Assembly: GCF_963921235.1 (NCBI RefSeq) | Contig: NC_086097.1 | Span: 113,152,001 to 113,216,000 of the forward strand | DNA: 64,000 bases | Direction: 5' to 3' | DNA from: Mobula hypostoma | Taxonomy: Eukaryota | Shown here: positions 1 through 12,308 of the stretch, in pieces | Position numbering within the stretch: the stretch's first letter is position 1 | How the letters are laid out: each line of letters begins with the position of its first letter | Notes under the pieces: model-generated | What the model was told of the DNA's origin: nothing | Databases searched by the model: none | What the model saw: the letters and a program-made list of their open reading frames with translations, nothing else | Made by a program: the position numbers and the translations under genes

Positions 1-632
1 ACAGGGGTCACCGGTGCCTTAGCTCTCCTCAGGTCTACCACCAGCTCCTTAGTCTTTTTCACATTAAGCTGCAGATAATTCTGCTCACACCATGTGACAA
101 AGTTTCCTACCGTAGCCCTGTACTCAGCCTCATCTCCCTTGCTGATGCATCCAACTATGGCAGAGTCATCCGAAAACTTCTGAAGATGACAAGACTCTGT
201 GCAGTAGTTGAAGTCCGAGGTGTAAGTGGTGAAGAGAAAGGGAGACAAGACAGTCCCCTGTGGAGACCCAGTGCTGCTGATCACTCTGTCGGACACACAG
301 TGTTGCAAGCACACGTACTGTGGTCTGCCAGTCAGGTAATCAAGAATCCATGATACCAGGGAAGCATCCACCTGCATCGCTGTCAGCTTCTCCCCCAGCA
401 GAGCAGGGCGGATGGTGTTGAACGCACTGGAGAAGTTCGAAAACATGACCCTCACAGTGCTCGCTGGCTTGTCCAGGTGGGCGTAGACATGGTTCAGCAG
501 GTAGACGATGGCATCCTCAACTCCTAGTCGGGGCTGGTAGGCGAACTGGAGGGGATCTAACTGTGGCCTGACCATAGGCCGGAGCAGCTCCAGAACAAGT
601 CTCTCCAGGGTCTTCATGATGAGGGAGGTCAT
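1..632 (-). mobile_element. Rex1/Babar-clade LINE, 5'-truncated, reverse transcriptase region; frame runs off the window edge
   Basis: Manual minus-strand translation is open: MTSLIMKTLERLVL...LDPLQFAYQPRLGVEDAI...FSSAFNTI...STGSPQGTVLSPFLFTTYTSD...LQKFSDDSAIVGCI...LQLNVKKTKELVVDLRR, i.e. Rex1-type RT motifs. Confidence 0.9.
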
Positions 633-960
633 TTGCCTGTGATGTCTGGGCTGCATCCACCACTTTTCCATTCCTGGGCATTGGTGTTTCCATACCAGTC
701 CATGACGCAACCAGACAGGATACTCGACCTTCCTTACTGCAGGACTGCACCTCACCTCCAGAAAACTTCTCATTGCAGTGAAATTATCTTTGGAACTGGC
801 ATGAAAATATTCAGCTACAGCAAAAACATGTCAGAAACAAGGTCACCTGAACCTCAGTGACCAAGCTGCAGTGTTCAGACAAGGCCTGTGTGTGCTAGCT
901 CAAAATCCATGCTCCAAGTAATCACTGATGTTTCCACTTAAGCATAGAAGAAATTGGCCT

Positions 961-1310
961 AAAGTTCAAAGTTCAAAGTAAAATTTATTGTCAGAGTACA
1001 TACATGTCACCACATACAACCCTGAGATTCTTTTTCTGCGGGAGTACTTAGCAAATCTATAGTCGAGTAATTGTAAACTGTAAACATCAGAGACTCTTAA
1101 TAATAAACAAACTGTGCAAATGCAGAAATAAATAATTAGCAGTAAATAACAAACATGAAATAACAATATAACAGAGTCCTTAAATGAGTGTAGTTATTCC
1201 TTTTGTTCAAGAGCCTGATGGCGGAGGGGTAGTAGCTGTTCTTGAACCTGGTGGTGCTAGTCCTGAGGCACCTGTACCTTCTACCTCATGGCAGCAGTGA
1301 GAAAAGAGTA
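961..1310 (-). mobile_element. Rex1-like LINE 3' end with (TTTGAAC)n tail
   Basis: Starts AAAGTTCAAAGTTCAAAGTAAAATTTATT. The same 3' UTR family recurs many times in the window, attached to Rex-type ORF ends. Confidence 0.75.
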
Positions 1311-1588
1311 AGAAACCTAACACACCCATAGCTTTCAAGAAATATCATTGCTATCCTGAACTTCACAAGACTGTTTATACACTGGCAAAGCTTTTTTTTC
1401 CCCCAAAACCATTTTCCTGTCCTTCAAAGCTCACCAAAGCTCCTCAACAACTGAGAATGAAGAACTCATTCTGTTTGATAAAAACTACAACAGTTTATTA
1501 TCAATATTCAACATACTTCAGCCTTCTGAATTTTTAGGTTTAAATGAATATTGACCTACTTGAAACAAAAACTAACCAACATATTTCG

Positions 1589-2080
1589 AGTCATAGAAGA
1601 GTACAGCACAGAAACAGGCCCTTCTGCCCATCTAGTCCATGCTGAATTATTTAAACTGCCTACTCCCATCAACCTGCAGCAGGACCATAGCCCTCCATAC
1701 CCCAACTATCCATGTACCTATCTAAACTTCTCTTAAGCATTGAAATCGAGCTCGCATGCACCACTTATGCTAGCAGATCATTCCACACTCTCACCACCCT
1801 CTGAGTGAAGAAGTTTCCCCTCATATTCTCCTTAAACTTTTCACCTTTCAGCCTTAACCCATGACCTCTCAGTGTACTCCTATCCAACCTTAGTGGAAAA
1901 AGCCTGCTTGCATTTCCCCAATCTACATCCCTCCTTATTTTGTATACCCCTATCAAATCCACTCTCAAATTTCTACATTCCGAGGAATAAAATCCTAACT
2001 TATTCAATCTTTCCTTATAACTCAGCTCCTCCAGACCCAGCAACATCCTTGTAAATTTTCTCTGTACTCTTTCAACATTA
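1589..2080 (-). mobile_element. CR1-clade LINE 3' end
   Basis: ORF 1765..2145(-) contains VERVQRKFTRMLLGLEELSYKERLNKLG...TLRGHGLRLKGEKFK...FFTQRVVRVWN (CR1 ORF2 C-terminus). The 3' UTR ends AAGGGCCTGTTTCTGTGCTGTACTCTTCTATGACTC. Confidence 0.9.
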
Positions 2081-2109
2081 TTTTGAACAATTAAGAACAA
2101 AGCTGTTTC

Positions 2110-2190
2110 AAACTGCTCAGCAGATGCAGCGGCATCTATTGTCATAGATGCGCCCTAACTTGAAGAGTACCTCCAGCATTGTCTGCTTTC
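2110..2190. mobile_element. Mini-palindrome of the PLE terminal repeat, with the hammerhead portion deleted
   Basis: GCATCTAT-TGTC-ATAGATGC flanked by CTCAGCAG... and ...CCTCCAGCATT, matching both orientations of the repeat at 4628-5166. Confidence 0.5.
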
Positions 2191-2474
2191 ATGTCAAGCT
2201 TTGCTTCTGTGTTAAATGTTAACACTGTTGAAATTTTGCTGATGTCACTTTGAGCTGGATGAAAATGGGTGACTTAATTAAAGATTAGCTTTATTTGTTA
2301 TACGTACATCAAAACATACAGTGAAATGCATCATTTTGCATGAAATCAGATCAGCAAGGATTGTGCTGAGCAGGCTGCAAGTGTCATCACACTTCTAACA
2401 TCAACAGAGCATGGCCACAATCCCCTAATCTGAACACAAACGTGTTATTATTTAACACATTGTTAACCTTGGCG

Positions 2475-3060
2475 AAAAAACTCCTACTCCTCCGTCTAAA
2501 TGCATGTCTGTACAACTGGTTAGTGGACTTCCCAGCCAAAAGACCTCAGATAGTCAAGATGCACCAGCCCTCCTCCCTCCCCATCATTCGCAACATAGGT
2601 GCCTCCCCCACCCCCCAGGGCTGTGTGCTAAGCCCACTGCTGTACACTCTGCTCACACATGACTGCTCGGCCACGGCTAAACACCCAAGTAATCACATTG
2701 TTACGTTCACCAATGGCACGACGATGATGGAGCTCATCACCAACAATGATGAGATGGCCCACAGAAAGGAGGTGGAAGAGTTCAAAGCCTGGTACCAGGC
2801 AAATAACCTCTTCCTCAATGTCAGCAAGACAAAAGAGATGGTTATCAACTTGAGGAGAACTCACAACACTCACAACCCTCTTTACATCAGTGGCACAGCA
2901 GTGGTAACCACGAGCAGTTTCAAACTCTTGGGAGTGTTCATCAAGCACAACTTCTCATGGTCCCAGGACACATCCTACACAGTCAAGAAAGCTAGCCAAC
3001 ATCTTTAATTTCTGAGGAGGCTGAAGAGAGCTGGACTATGCACATTAATACTCACGTCCT
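2475..3060 (+). mobile_element. Rex1-clade LINE RT fragment (degenerate)
   Basis: ORF 2442..3008: YNWLVDF...PQGCVLSPLLYTLLTHDC...NNLFLNVSKTKEMVI...FKLLGV. The FADD motif has decayed to FTNG. Confidence 0.85.
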
Positions 3061-3450
3061 CCCACACTCACCGCTCTGTGTAAAAGACTTACCTTGGACA
3101 TCGCCCCATACTTTAATCATCTAAAATTATGCCCCTTGTATTAGTAAGTAAGGTTACACCTCAGTACTCTAAACTCCAAGGAATTCAGACTCAAACTGTC
3201 TAGACTTTCTTGATGGACAACCCTCTCATCCCAGGAACTAGCTTCTCTCCTGGCTTCAAGGCCTATTATGAAAATGTACAGTGTATACAGTGACAAATTA
3301 GATTTTCCAAATTCTTTCAGCCAGATTCAGAACTAACCCTTTTTAACAATAAACAAACTATTTTAACACAAAATCAGAAGTTGAAGTATTTCACCTGAGT
3401 AGTTTTCTGTGGGAATAGAGGATGGAGGAAGGTATTTGCAGGAAATTGAA

Positions 3451-3855
3451 GTGTCATGACCTGGGATGGTGAAGTTGGGTTGGTCTACCTGATGTGAGAA
3501 GTGTATAGGGTCCATAAGGCAGCTGACTCACTTCTGGTCCCCACCAGACACGCATCTCTCATCTGTGGCTACAAGTAGTTGTTTGCATGTGTCAGCAGTC
3601 ATACCCTTTCGTACACTTTGACAGGCAGGCTAAAGCGGGTGAGCGTAGCCAGCTTACTACATCCCGCAGTGAAATAGTGACATGCCTGCGCTATGCATGA
3701 AAAGTCATCTCTGGCAGGCTTGCCTTATGAGATATAAGGACAGCAATTCTTGCAATTCTGCAGCGCTTTGTGGAGAACAAAGGGCATGACAAGGCACAGA
3801 GGATATCATGGTCATCCACTGCAACCAAGGACGACCCAGTTGTAACAACTAACCT
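3451..3855 (+). mobile_element. Non-coding RTE-related short retroposon (degenerate)
   Basis: No ORF. Contains the CTCATCTG/CGGGTGAG pairing with GGCTAA just before the 3' strand, and an RTE-like 3' end (..GGTCATCCACTGCAACCAAGG..GTAACAACTAAC). Family assignment is by recognition only. Confidence 0.4.
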
Positions 3856-4439
3856 TACCACTGTTCTGCAACTCTAACTCTTTCCTCTTCCCCCACCATT
3901 TAATTCAGGCTAACCATGATGAATTCTGAGCCACCCTACTGCTCCAGTGGAATTGTGGAACCTAGCTGGAGCCAACCTATGAGCACTAAAAAGTGATTGT
4001 TACTGAAGAGGATTATTTGAAGATAGGCAAAGTAGAATACTTTGTAGATTCATCTACAGTGGGTTGGTTCTTCCCTCAATTAATAACCTTGTGATAAAAA
4101 AGCTAAAAATTGGAACTATTCATCAAAATAAATGTTGCATAATTTCATGTTTACTGCCATTTTTACATAATGAAAAACATGGAGATTAAAATCACCCAGA
4201 ATAAGTGGTGAAACAAATTCCAAATCATGAGAATTTGTCACAGTCCAACTATAATATGACACTGCATCTCAAGAGAAAAAAATAACTGCCAATTTGTCTC
4301 AGATCTACCGTCAATCAATCATACTACAGTAGTGCTGTCAGTTGCAAAGCGTTCTATGAGCAGAGATTCAGTGGGGTGCCAGTGCCAAGATCACTAGAAT
4401 TTCTCCAGAAGGATGGCCAAGGGAGGGAAAAGAATACTC

Positions 4440-5645
4440 AGTTAAATTGAATTTATTTCAATACATGAGGATTAACAGGTGAAACAGATTAACTCAGAGC
4501 ATGGATTCACTCTGGAGGACTGGTATGTTATAGCCATGGCTGAGAGAAGGGGAGCTCAGTGTTCCAGGATACAGATATTAAGTCATGACAGATGAGCAGG
4601 TAAGCGAGGAGGGAGTGTTGGGTAAAGCACACACAATGCTGGAGGAACTCAGCAAGTCAGGCAGCATCTATGGAGGGGAATAAACAACTCACGTTTTAGG
4701 TCTAGACCCTTCGTCAGGACTGGAAAGGCAAGGAGGCAGAAACCAGAATTAGAAGGTGGGGAGAGTGGGAGAGTTCAAGCTAGCCGGTGAGCCTCTTGAG
4801 GGGGAAGGCATGTGGGTTGGGGGAGGGGGAATGAAGTAGGAAGCTGGGAGGAAACAGAAGCCCCTTCTTCTTCAGCCCTTTACCTCTTCCACCTATCCCT
4901 TCCCAGTATCTTACTTCATCAGCCTCCCCTACTCACCCACCTACCTTTCCCCTCACCTGGCCTCCCCTATCAGCTGCCAGCGTGTACTCTGTCCCCTCAC
5001 CACCTTTTTAGTCAGGCTTCTGTCCCCTGTTCCAGTCCTGAGGAAGGGTCTCGGCCCAGAACATCAACTGTTTTCTCCCCTACATAGATGCCGCCTGACT
5101 TGCGGAGTTCCTCCAGCATTCAGTGGGTGTTGCTCTGGATTTCCAGCATCTGCAGAATATCTTGTGACTGTTGCCATTTTGATAAGAAAGAATGCAGCAG
5201 CAGCAATGCTTAGAGATGACATCCTTGGGGGCGTGTCCATTACAGACATGAATAGAATTTAGGAAGAAGAAGTGGAGGGTGGTCACTTTGGCGTGGCTGT
5301 ATTATGGATACTACCACATGAGGTGACAGGAATTTGAGGAACGGGCATGCAGAGGAATTGCTCTGTGTTGCAAGAATAACAGGGTGGTATTAATTGGAGA
5401 TATTAACTTTCCTGGCATTGACTGGGTCACCCAGACCAAGAGTGTTAAGGGCCTGGGCAGAGTAGAATTTGTGCAATGTACCCTGGAATGTTTCCTGAGC
5501 CAATTTAAAGAGGACCCTACATGGGAAAGTGCAATATTGGACCTCCTCTTGGGACATAAAGCAGGGTGCATAACAGAGTTTCCAATCATGGAGCACTTTC
5601 ACTCCAGTGACTATAAATCTATTTGTTTTAAAATTACAATGAAAA
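4440..5645 (+). mobile_element. Older CR1 LINE, ORF2 apurinic endonuclease region (5' part; continues at 10450)
   Basis: ORF 5384..5692: VLIGDINFPGIDW...DPTWESAILDLLLG...EHFHSSDYKSICFKI (APE motifs GDFN and SDH, decayed). Interrupted by the 4628-5166 insertion. Confidence 0.8.
4628..5166. mobile_element. Palindromic Penelope-like terminal-repeat insertion with two hammerhead motifs
   Basis: The left arm (ACACAATGCTGGAGGAACTCAGCAAGTCAGGCAGCATCTATG..., purine-rich) is the imperfect reverse complement of the right arm (...CATAGATGCCGCCTGACTTGCGGAGTTCCTCCAGCATT). CTGANGA cores lie near 4712-4718(-) and 5038-5044(+). Confidence 0.8.
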
Positions 5646-5997
5646 ATTGCACCCAGTGGGCGGCGTTGAAGTGTAAAATGGGGCAAAACTGAAAAGGGTG
5701 ATGAATACAGGATTGATGGTGTTATATTTGAATGCACACAGCATACGGATTAAGGTAGATGATCTTGTTGCACAGTGAGAGATTGGCAGCTATGATGCTG
5801 TGGGCATCACTGAATCATGGCTGAAAAAATATCATAGTTGAGTGCTTAACATCCAAGGATACAAACTGTATCGAAAGGATAGGCAGGTAGGCAGAGGGGG
5901 TGGGGTAGCCTTAGAAAGAGGTGACGTAGGATCGAAAAAGGGAGAATCCTTCTAGAGTTATGAAACTACAAGGGTAAAAAGACCTTGATGGAAGTTA

Positions 5998-7552
5998 CAG
6001 TACCTTGTAAAGATATTCATCCGCCAACCCTTTGTTCACATAAGTAAGTATTACAACCAGGGATTTTGATCAATTTAACTGAGAACTTTTATTTGTGAAT
6101 CGCTAGCTCCTTTTTTTCCACAGAGGAGCCCAAAAAAATGGGGGAAATTGTAAAACATAAAAAACTAAAAATTCAGAGACTGAGTATCAGCACTTCAAAA
6201 GTATTCATTCTCCTTTACTCAGTATTTAGTTGAATCACCCCTCACAGCCAGCAGTCTTTTTGGATTAGCTTTGTACAATGTAGTGGAGCAAGATCTGGCC
6301 ATTCCTCCCTGCAAAATGGCTCAAGCTGTGCCAGGTTAGTTGAGGAGTGATGGTAGACTGCAGTCTTGAGATCTTTCCACAGACGTTCGATCAGGTTAAG
6401 ATCAGGGCTCTGACTGGGCCACTCAAGGACATCAATTTTCTTCATCTGGAGTCACACTATAGTTGCTCTGGTAGTGTGTTTTGTGTCTGAAAGACAAACT
6501 TCCTCCCCAGTTTAAGCTTTCTGGAAGAGGCTAGCATTCATCTTCCCATCAATCCTGACCAAATTTCCAGTCCCTGCTGCTGAAAAGCATCCCCATAGTA
6601 TGATGCTACCTCCATCATACTTTACAGTAGGGATGGTATTACCTGACTGATGCACAGTAGTAGATTTATAGCACATGTACCACTTAGCACTGAGGTCAAA
6701 AAGCTCCTCGGTAGTCTCATCCAACCACAAGACCTTCTTCCACATCTTTACACTATCTTCTAAGTAACACTTTGCAAAGTCTTTATGGGCAAGGATATGA
6801 TATTTTTTTCTAGCTAAGGCTTCTCCTTTGTCATTCTTCCATAAATACCTTTTTTGTGCAAAGCCTTAAGAGATTATGGAGCCATGAACTTCATCTCCAC
6901 TTGCTGCCACTGACCTCTGTAGATCACTCAGAGTGACGGCTGGAATCATAGCAGACTCTGTTATAAGAGCCATTCTTCTCTGGCAATTAAGATTAGAGAG
7001 ACAGCCTGGCCTAAGCAGTGTGGCTGTGATTTCATTTTTTTTCCACTTTTTCACGATGGACTCCACAAGCTCCAAAGTATGTTCAATGCCTTTGAGAAAC
7101 TTATACCCTTTCCCAAATTTGTGCTTCTCTATAATCATTTCCCTGACTTCCCTTGAATTCTCTTTTGTCTTCATTTTGGTTTGGTCTGCTGAAAATCTAC
7201 CAGAAAGAGGGGTTACTTATTCTTATGAATTCCTTGAAAACAGGTGATCCTCCAATTTTCTACATCAGCAAATTGGGTGAATTGTAATAGAAAGTAATAC
7301 ACAGTGTTGCACCTGCAGAAAGTTAGTATAGTAATTACAAAGGCAATTAACACTTTTTCAGCCTCACAATTTTGATTTTTAACTTTAAGTAGATTGTTGA
7401 CAGGTTTTGAAATATTTCTTTTGATTTGACATGATGCTAAATGTTTTGCAGATTATCTCAAAAAATTCTACTTCAATATATTTTAAATTTAGAAAATGAG
7501 GCAGCAAATTGTGAAAATAGTTGTGGGGGTTGAATACGTTTTCGAAGCTCTG
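5998..7552 (-). mobile_element. Full-length Tc1-family DNA transposon, transposase pseudogenised
   Basis: TA|CAGTACCTTGTAAAGATATTCA ... TGAATACGTTTTCGAAGCTCTG|TA (degenerate TIRs, TA TSD). Minus ORFs MKTKENSREVREMIIEKHK (paired/HTH), [40 protein letters not shown] (DD34E motifs). Confidence 0.93.
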
Positions 7553-7654
7553 TATATACAGGCTTCAGAACAGTAGCCAGGATGTGGGCTAAAAATTACA
7601 AGGGGAGATAGAAAAAGCTTGTAAGAAGAGCAATGTTGTGATGGTTATGGTGGA

Positions 7655-7878
7655 TTTCAAAGTTCAAATTTCTAAGTGTATTTATTACCGAAGTACATAT
7701 ACATCACTACATACAACCCCAAGATTCATGTCCAGTAAATTCAAGACTCAACAGAATTAATGAGAGTCCATGTTCATAAGGACAGACTAACAACCAATGT
7801 GCAAAAGACAACAAAATGGTGCAAATAAAAATTAAAAAAAGAAAGAATACTGTAAATAAATAAGCAATAAATATCAAA
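7655..7878 (-). mobile_element. Rex1-like 3' tail nested in CR1
   Basis: TTCAAAGTTCAAA...TTTATTACCGAAGTACATATACATCACTACATACAACCCCAAGATTCA. The CR1 GDFN|MQIDW sequence resumes after it. Confidence 0.75.
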
Positions 7879-9656
7879 ATGCAGATAGATTGGGAAAATC
7901 AGGTTGGTGCTGGATCCCAAGACAGGAAAATTGGAGAATACCTATAAGATTACTTTTAGAAGCAGCTCATGCTGAGCCCACTAGGGAAACAGCAACTCTG
8001 AATTGGGTGTTATGTAATGACCCAGATTTGATCAAGAGGCTTAAGGTAAAGGAACCCTAAGGAGACAGTGATCATCATTTGATAGAATTCACCCGCAATC
8101 TGAGAAAGGGAAGCTAAAATTGGTTGTATCATTATTACAGTGGAGTAAAGGGAATTACAGAGGCATGAGAGAGGAGCTGGTCAAGTTGATTGACACTAGC
8201 AGGGATGATGAGAGAACAGCAATGCCTGGAGTTTCTGGGAGCAATTCAGAAGGTGCAGGAAAGATACATCCCAAAGATGAAGATGTCTTCTAAAGGGAGG
8301 ATGAGGCAACTGTGGCCGATAAAGGAAGTTAAAGACAGCATACAAGCAAGAGAGAGGGCATATAATAAAGCAAAAATTAGGAGGATTTCAGAGGGTTGGG
8401 AATCTTATAAAATCAAACAGAAGGTAACTAAAAAAGCCATAAAGAGAGAAAAGATGAAATCTGAAGTAAGCTAACCAAGTATATAAAAGAAGATACAAAA
8501 AGTATCTTTCAAATTTGTAAAAGAGAGGAAAGAGTGAATATCGAACCACTGGAAAATGATGCTGGAGAGGTAGTAAAAGAAATGGCGGACAAACTTAATA
8601 AGTATTTTGTGTAAGTCTTCACTGAGGACGACACTAGCAGAATCCCAGAAATGCAAGAGTGTCACGGGGCAGAAATAACTGTCATTGCTATTACTAAGGA
8701 GAAGGTGCTTGGGGAGCTGAAAAGTCTGAAGATAGTTAAGTCACCTGGACCAGATGGACTACACTCCAGGGTTCTGAAAGAGGTAGCGGAAGAGATTGGA
8801 AATGCATTAGTAATGATCTTTCAAGGATCACTAGATTCTGGAATGTGTCCAGAGGACTGGAAAATTACAAATGTCAATCCACGCTTTAAAAAGAAAGGGA
8901 GGCGGTAGAAAGAAAACTGTAGGCCAGTTAGCCTGACTTTGGAGTTTGGAAAAATGTTGGAGGTTTCATGGTGCTTGGAGGACTAAGAGGAAATCTTGCC
9001 TGACAAATCAGTTGGAATTCTTTGAGGAAATAACCAGCAGGATAGAACAAGGACAGTCAGACAAGGTGCTTAACAAGATAACAGCATATGGTATTACAGG
9101 AAAGACACTATCATGGATAGAAGATTGGCTGTCTGGCAGGAGGCAAAGAGTGGGAGTAAAAGGAGCCTTTTCTGGCTGACTGCCAGTGACTAGTGGTGTG
9201 TTGCAGCGGTCGGTATTGGGACAGCTTCTTTCCACGTTTTATGTCAATAATTTAGATGAAGGAATTGACAGATTTTGGCCAAGGTTGTGGATAATGCAAA
9301 TATAGTTGGAGGGGAAGGCAGTGTTGAGGAAGAAGAAAGACTAACACAGACTGGAAAAATGAACAAAGATGTGGCAGTTGGAGTTTAGAGTAGGGAAGAG
9401 CATTATTATGCACTTTGTATAAGTTTTCTGGGGAGAAAATTTTAAAAACTGGGAGTCCTCGTGCAGGATTCCATAAAGGTTAATTTGCAGGTTGAGTCTA
9501 TAGTACGGAAGGCAAATGTAATGTCAGCATTCATTTCAATACAAGAGCAAAGATGTAATGTTGAAGCTTTATTACGCACTTAGAGTACCATGAGCACTTT
9601 TTGGCCCCTTATCTAAGAAAAGTTGTGCTGGCACTGGAGAGGGTCTAGAGGAGATT

Positions 9657-9980
9657 CAAGTCAAGTCAAGTTACTTTTTAGTGTAATTTCGACCATAACT
9701 GCTGGTACAGTACACAGTAAAAATGAGACAACATTTTTCAGGACCATGGTGCTACATGAAACAATACAAAAACTACGCTGAACTACGTAAAACAACACAA
9801 AACTACACTAGACTACAGACCTACCCAGGACTGCATAAAGTGCACAAAACAGTGCAGGCATTACAATAAATAATAAACAAGACAATAGGCACAGTAGAGG
9901 GCAGTAGGTTGGTGTCAGTCCATGCTCTGGGTATTGAGGAGTATGATGGCTGGGGGAAGAAACTTTTACATAGTCTAGTC
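9657..9980 (-). mobile_element. Rex1-like 3' end with (CTTGA)n tail nested in CR1
   Basis: CAAGTCAAGTCAAG terminus. Host CR1 ...GAGGAGATTCA / TTCACAAGAATGATCCAGG resumes on the other side. Confidence 0.75.
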
Positions 9981-10804
9981 TTCACAAGAATGATCCAGGA
10001 ATGAAGGTGTTAGCATATGATGAGAATTTGATATCTCTGAGCCTGTACTTGCTGAAGTGTAGAAGAATGAGTGGGGAATCACATGGAAACTTATTAAAAG
10101 GCCTAGCTACAGTGGATGAGGAGAGCATGTTTCTTGTAGTGGGGAAGTCTAGGACAGGGGACACAGCCTAGAATAGAGTCACACTAATTTAGAACAGAGA
10201 TGAGGAAAGGTTTAGTTAGACAGAGGATGGTGAATCTGTGAAATTCATTGCCACAGACAGATGTGCAACCCAAGTTATTGGGCATAAGGTGGAATTTGAT
10301 AAGTTCTTGATTAATCAGAGTGTCATAGGTTGTGGGGAGAAGGCAAGACAATGGGGTTAAAAGAGATAATAAATCTGCCATGATGGAATGGCACAGCAGA
10401 CTCGATGGGTCGAATGGCCTAATTCTGCTCCTACGTCATATGGTTTTATCTAGCAGAAGTTGATTGTGTGATTCATTTTAATGGGAAAGGAACAAATGAC
10501 AAGTGGGAGGCTTTTAAAGGTGATTTACTAAGAGTCCAAGGACAGAATATTCCTGTTAGGGGGAAGGATAAACCCAGCAAGCTTAGGAAACCCTGGCTGC
10601 TGACAGATATCAAGACCGGTCAAATATGAAAGAATGCATGTATTGGGCTTATGAGGTTGTAGATGAGTGAATCCCTCAATAACTATAAAAAGATTAAGAA
10701 TACAATTAAGAGGGAAGTTAGGAAGGCAAGGTGAGAGTATGAGATGGATATGGCAGGTAAGGTTATGTAAAATTTCATGAGGCTCTATATATAATATACA
10801 GATA

Positions 10805-11010
10805 ACTTGTTCTGTACCCTACAATATTTAATTTATGTACTTTACTTTGTTTATCCATGGATAGTTCATTTGTAAATTTAATTCTTACTTTTCTAAGTTA
10901 TATGTGTGTTATGTGTTCTACTGTGCTTTACATCCTGGTCCAGATGAATGTTTTCTCGTTTGATGGTATAAATGTATACTGTTAAATGACAATAAGCTGA
11001 CTCGACTTGA
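10805..11010 (+). mobile_element. Rex1-like 3' tail nested in CR1
   Basis: Ends GTTAAATGACAATAAGCTGACTCGACTTGA; related to the 9657-9980 tail. Confidence 0.6.
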
Positions 11011-12100
11011 TATATTAAGAACAAAAGGGTGGCTATGGAGAGAATTACATTTAGAGATGAATACTGGAGATGGGTGGGATTTTTAACACATTGTTTACCA
11101 AGAAGAAAATTGTGGTTGCTTAAGAGATGAGAGAAACAAATGTTGTGTTTGGAGGACAATCCTATTACTATGGAGGAGGTATTTGCAATCTTACAGTACA
11201 TTAGGTGGATAAATCACCAGTTCCTACCTAGATACATCCTTAGACTTGTGAGAGGCTAGACTGGAAACGGTGGAGACCCTTGCAGAGTTACTTGCTTCAT
11301 CGTTCGTCACTGCTGAACATCCCAAAGACCGGAATGACTGATAGTCCTTTGTTTAAGAAGGGTAGCAAGGACAAACCAGGAAGGTAGAGGCCATTCCACC
11401 TGATATTAATAGTGGGGAAGTTACTGAAGGGAATTCTGAGGGACAGGATCTACTAGCACTTGGATTAGGAGGCTTTGTGCATGTTAAGTTGTATTTGATG
11501 AACCTCTAAGAGTTTTCATAAGAGGCAACCAAAAGAATAGTGGATGCTTTCTTTTTGGACTTCAGCAAAATCTTCAACAAGCTCCAACAAGGCAGGCTGG
11601 TCTGGAAGGCTGGTCCCACGCAATCCAGGGACAGCGAGTCAGGTAGATTCAAAATTGACCCAGAGGTAGGAAGCCGAGAGTGATGGCTGAAGTCTGCTTC
11701 TCGGAATGGAGGGTGGTGACTAGTTGTGTGTTGCAGGGGTCGGTGTACAGACTCATGTTTGTCATCATCTATATAAATGATTTGGCTTCATCAGTAAGTT
11801 TACAGATGACATTAAATTTGGAGATGTTGTTGATAGTGAACAAGGTTATTGTAGGTTACAAGACAATCTTGATCAGTTAAGAAAGTGGGCGGAGGAATGT
11901 CAAATAGATGCCAATATGGAAAAACATGAGGAGATGAATTTAGGAAAATCAGGCCAGAGTAGAAGTTTAGTATCAGTGGTCAAGACTAGGAAGCGTGATA
12001 GAACAAAGGGACCTAGTGCATAGCTCAATGAAAGCAGTGCAGCAGGTAGACAGGGCATTGCATATAGGAGTTGGGATAATATGTTACAGTTGAAGAAGTC

Positions 12101-12308
12101 ACAGGGGGATGGGTGAGTCCAGGGATGGATGTCCTGCTTACTTAAGGAAGGTGACGTGTCTTCCATAGCCTCTCCTTTCTAGGCGTAGTTTTCACTGTAG
12201 GACCACTGATTGGCTTGCCAGGCAGGAAGTCACTCGCATACGACCTCTCCTACTGTTCCCATAGCAATGCCTTCACGTGGCGTCCCTGTTCTTACTAAGT
12301 TTGCTATG
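12101..12308 (+). ncRNA. HDV-like self-cleaving ribozyme candidate
   Basis: P2 CATAGCAA(12260-67)/TTGCTATG(12301-08); P3 GCC/GGC around L3 TTCACGT(12272-78); P1' GTCCCTGT(12282-89) pairs with the element's first bases ACAGGGG or with CAGGGAT(12120-26); J4/2 CTAA(12295-98). P1.1 and P4 are not evident. Confidence 0.6.

Larger units (their letters stand above)
5650..10445 (+). mobile_element. CR1 LINE ORF2 (APE + RT + 3' UTR), degenerate, with three nested insertions
   Basis: Fragments VLYLNAHSIR.., KSPGPDGLHSRVLKEVAEEI..PEDWKITNVNP, KSCLTNQLEFFEE, WIEDWLSGRRQRVG. The 3' UTR ends GGCCTAATTCTGCTCCTACGTCATATGGT. Many stops and frameshifts. Confidence 0.9.
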
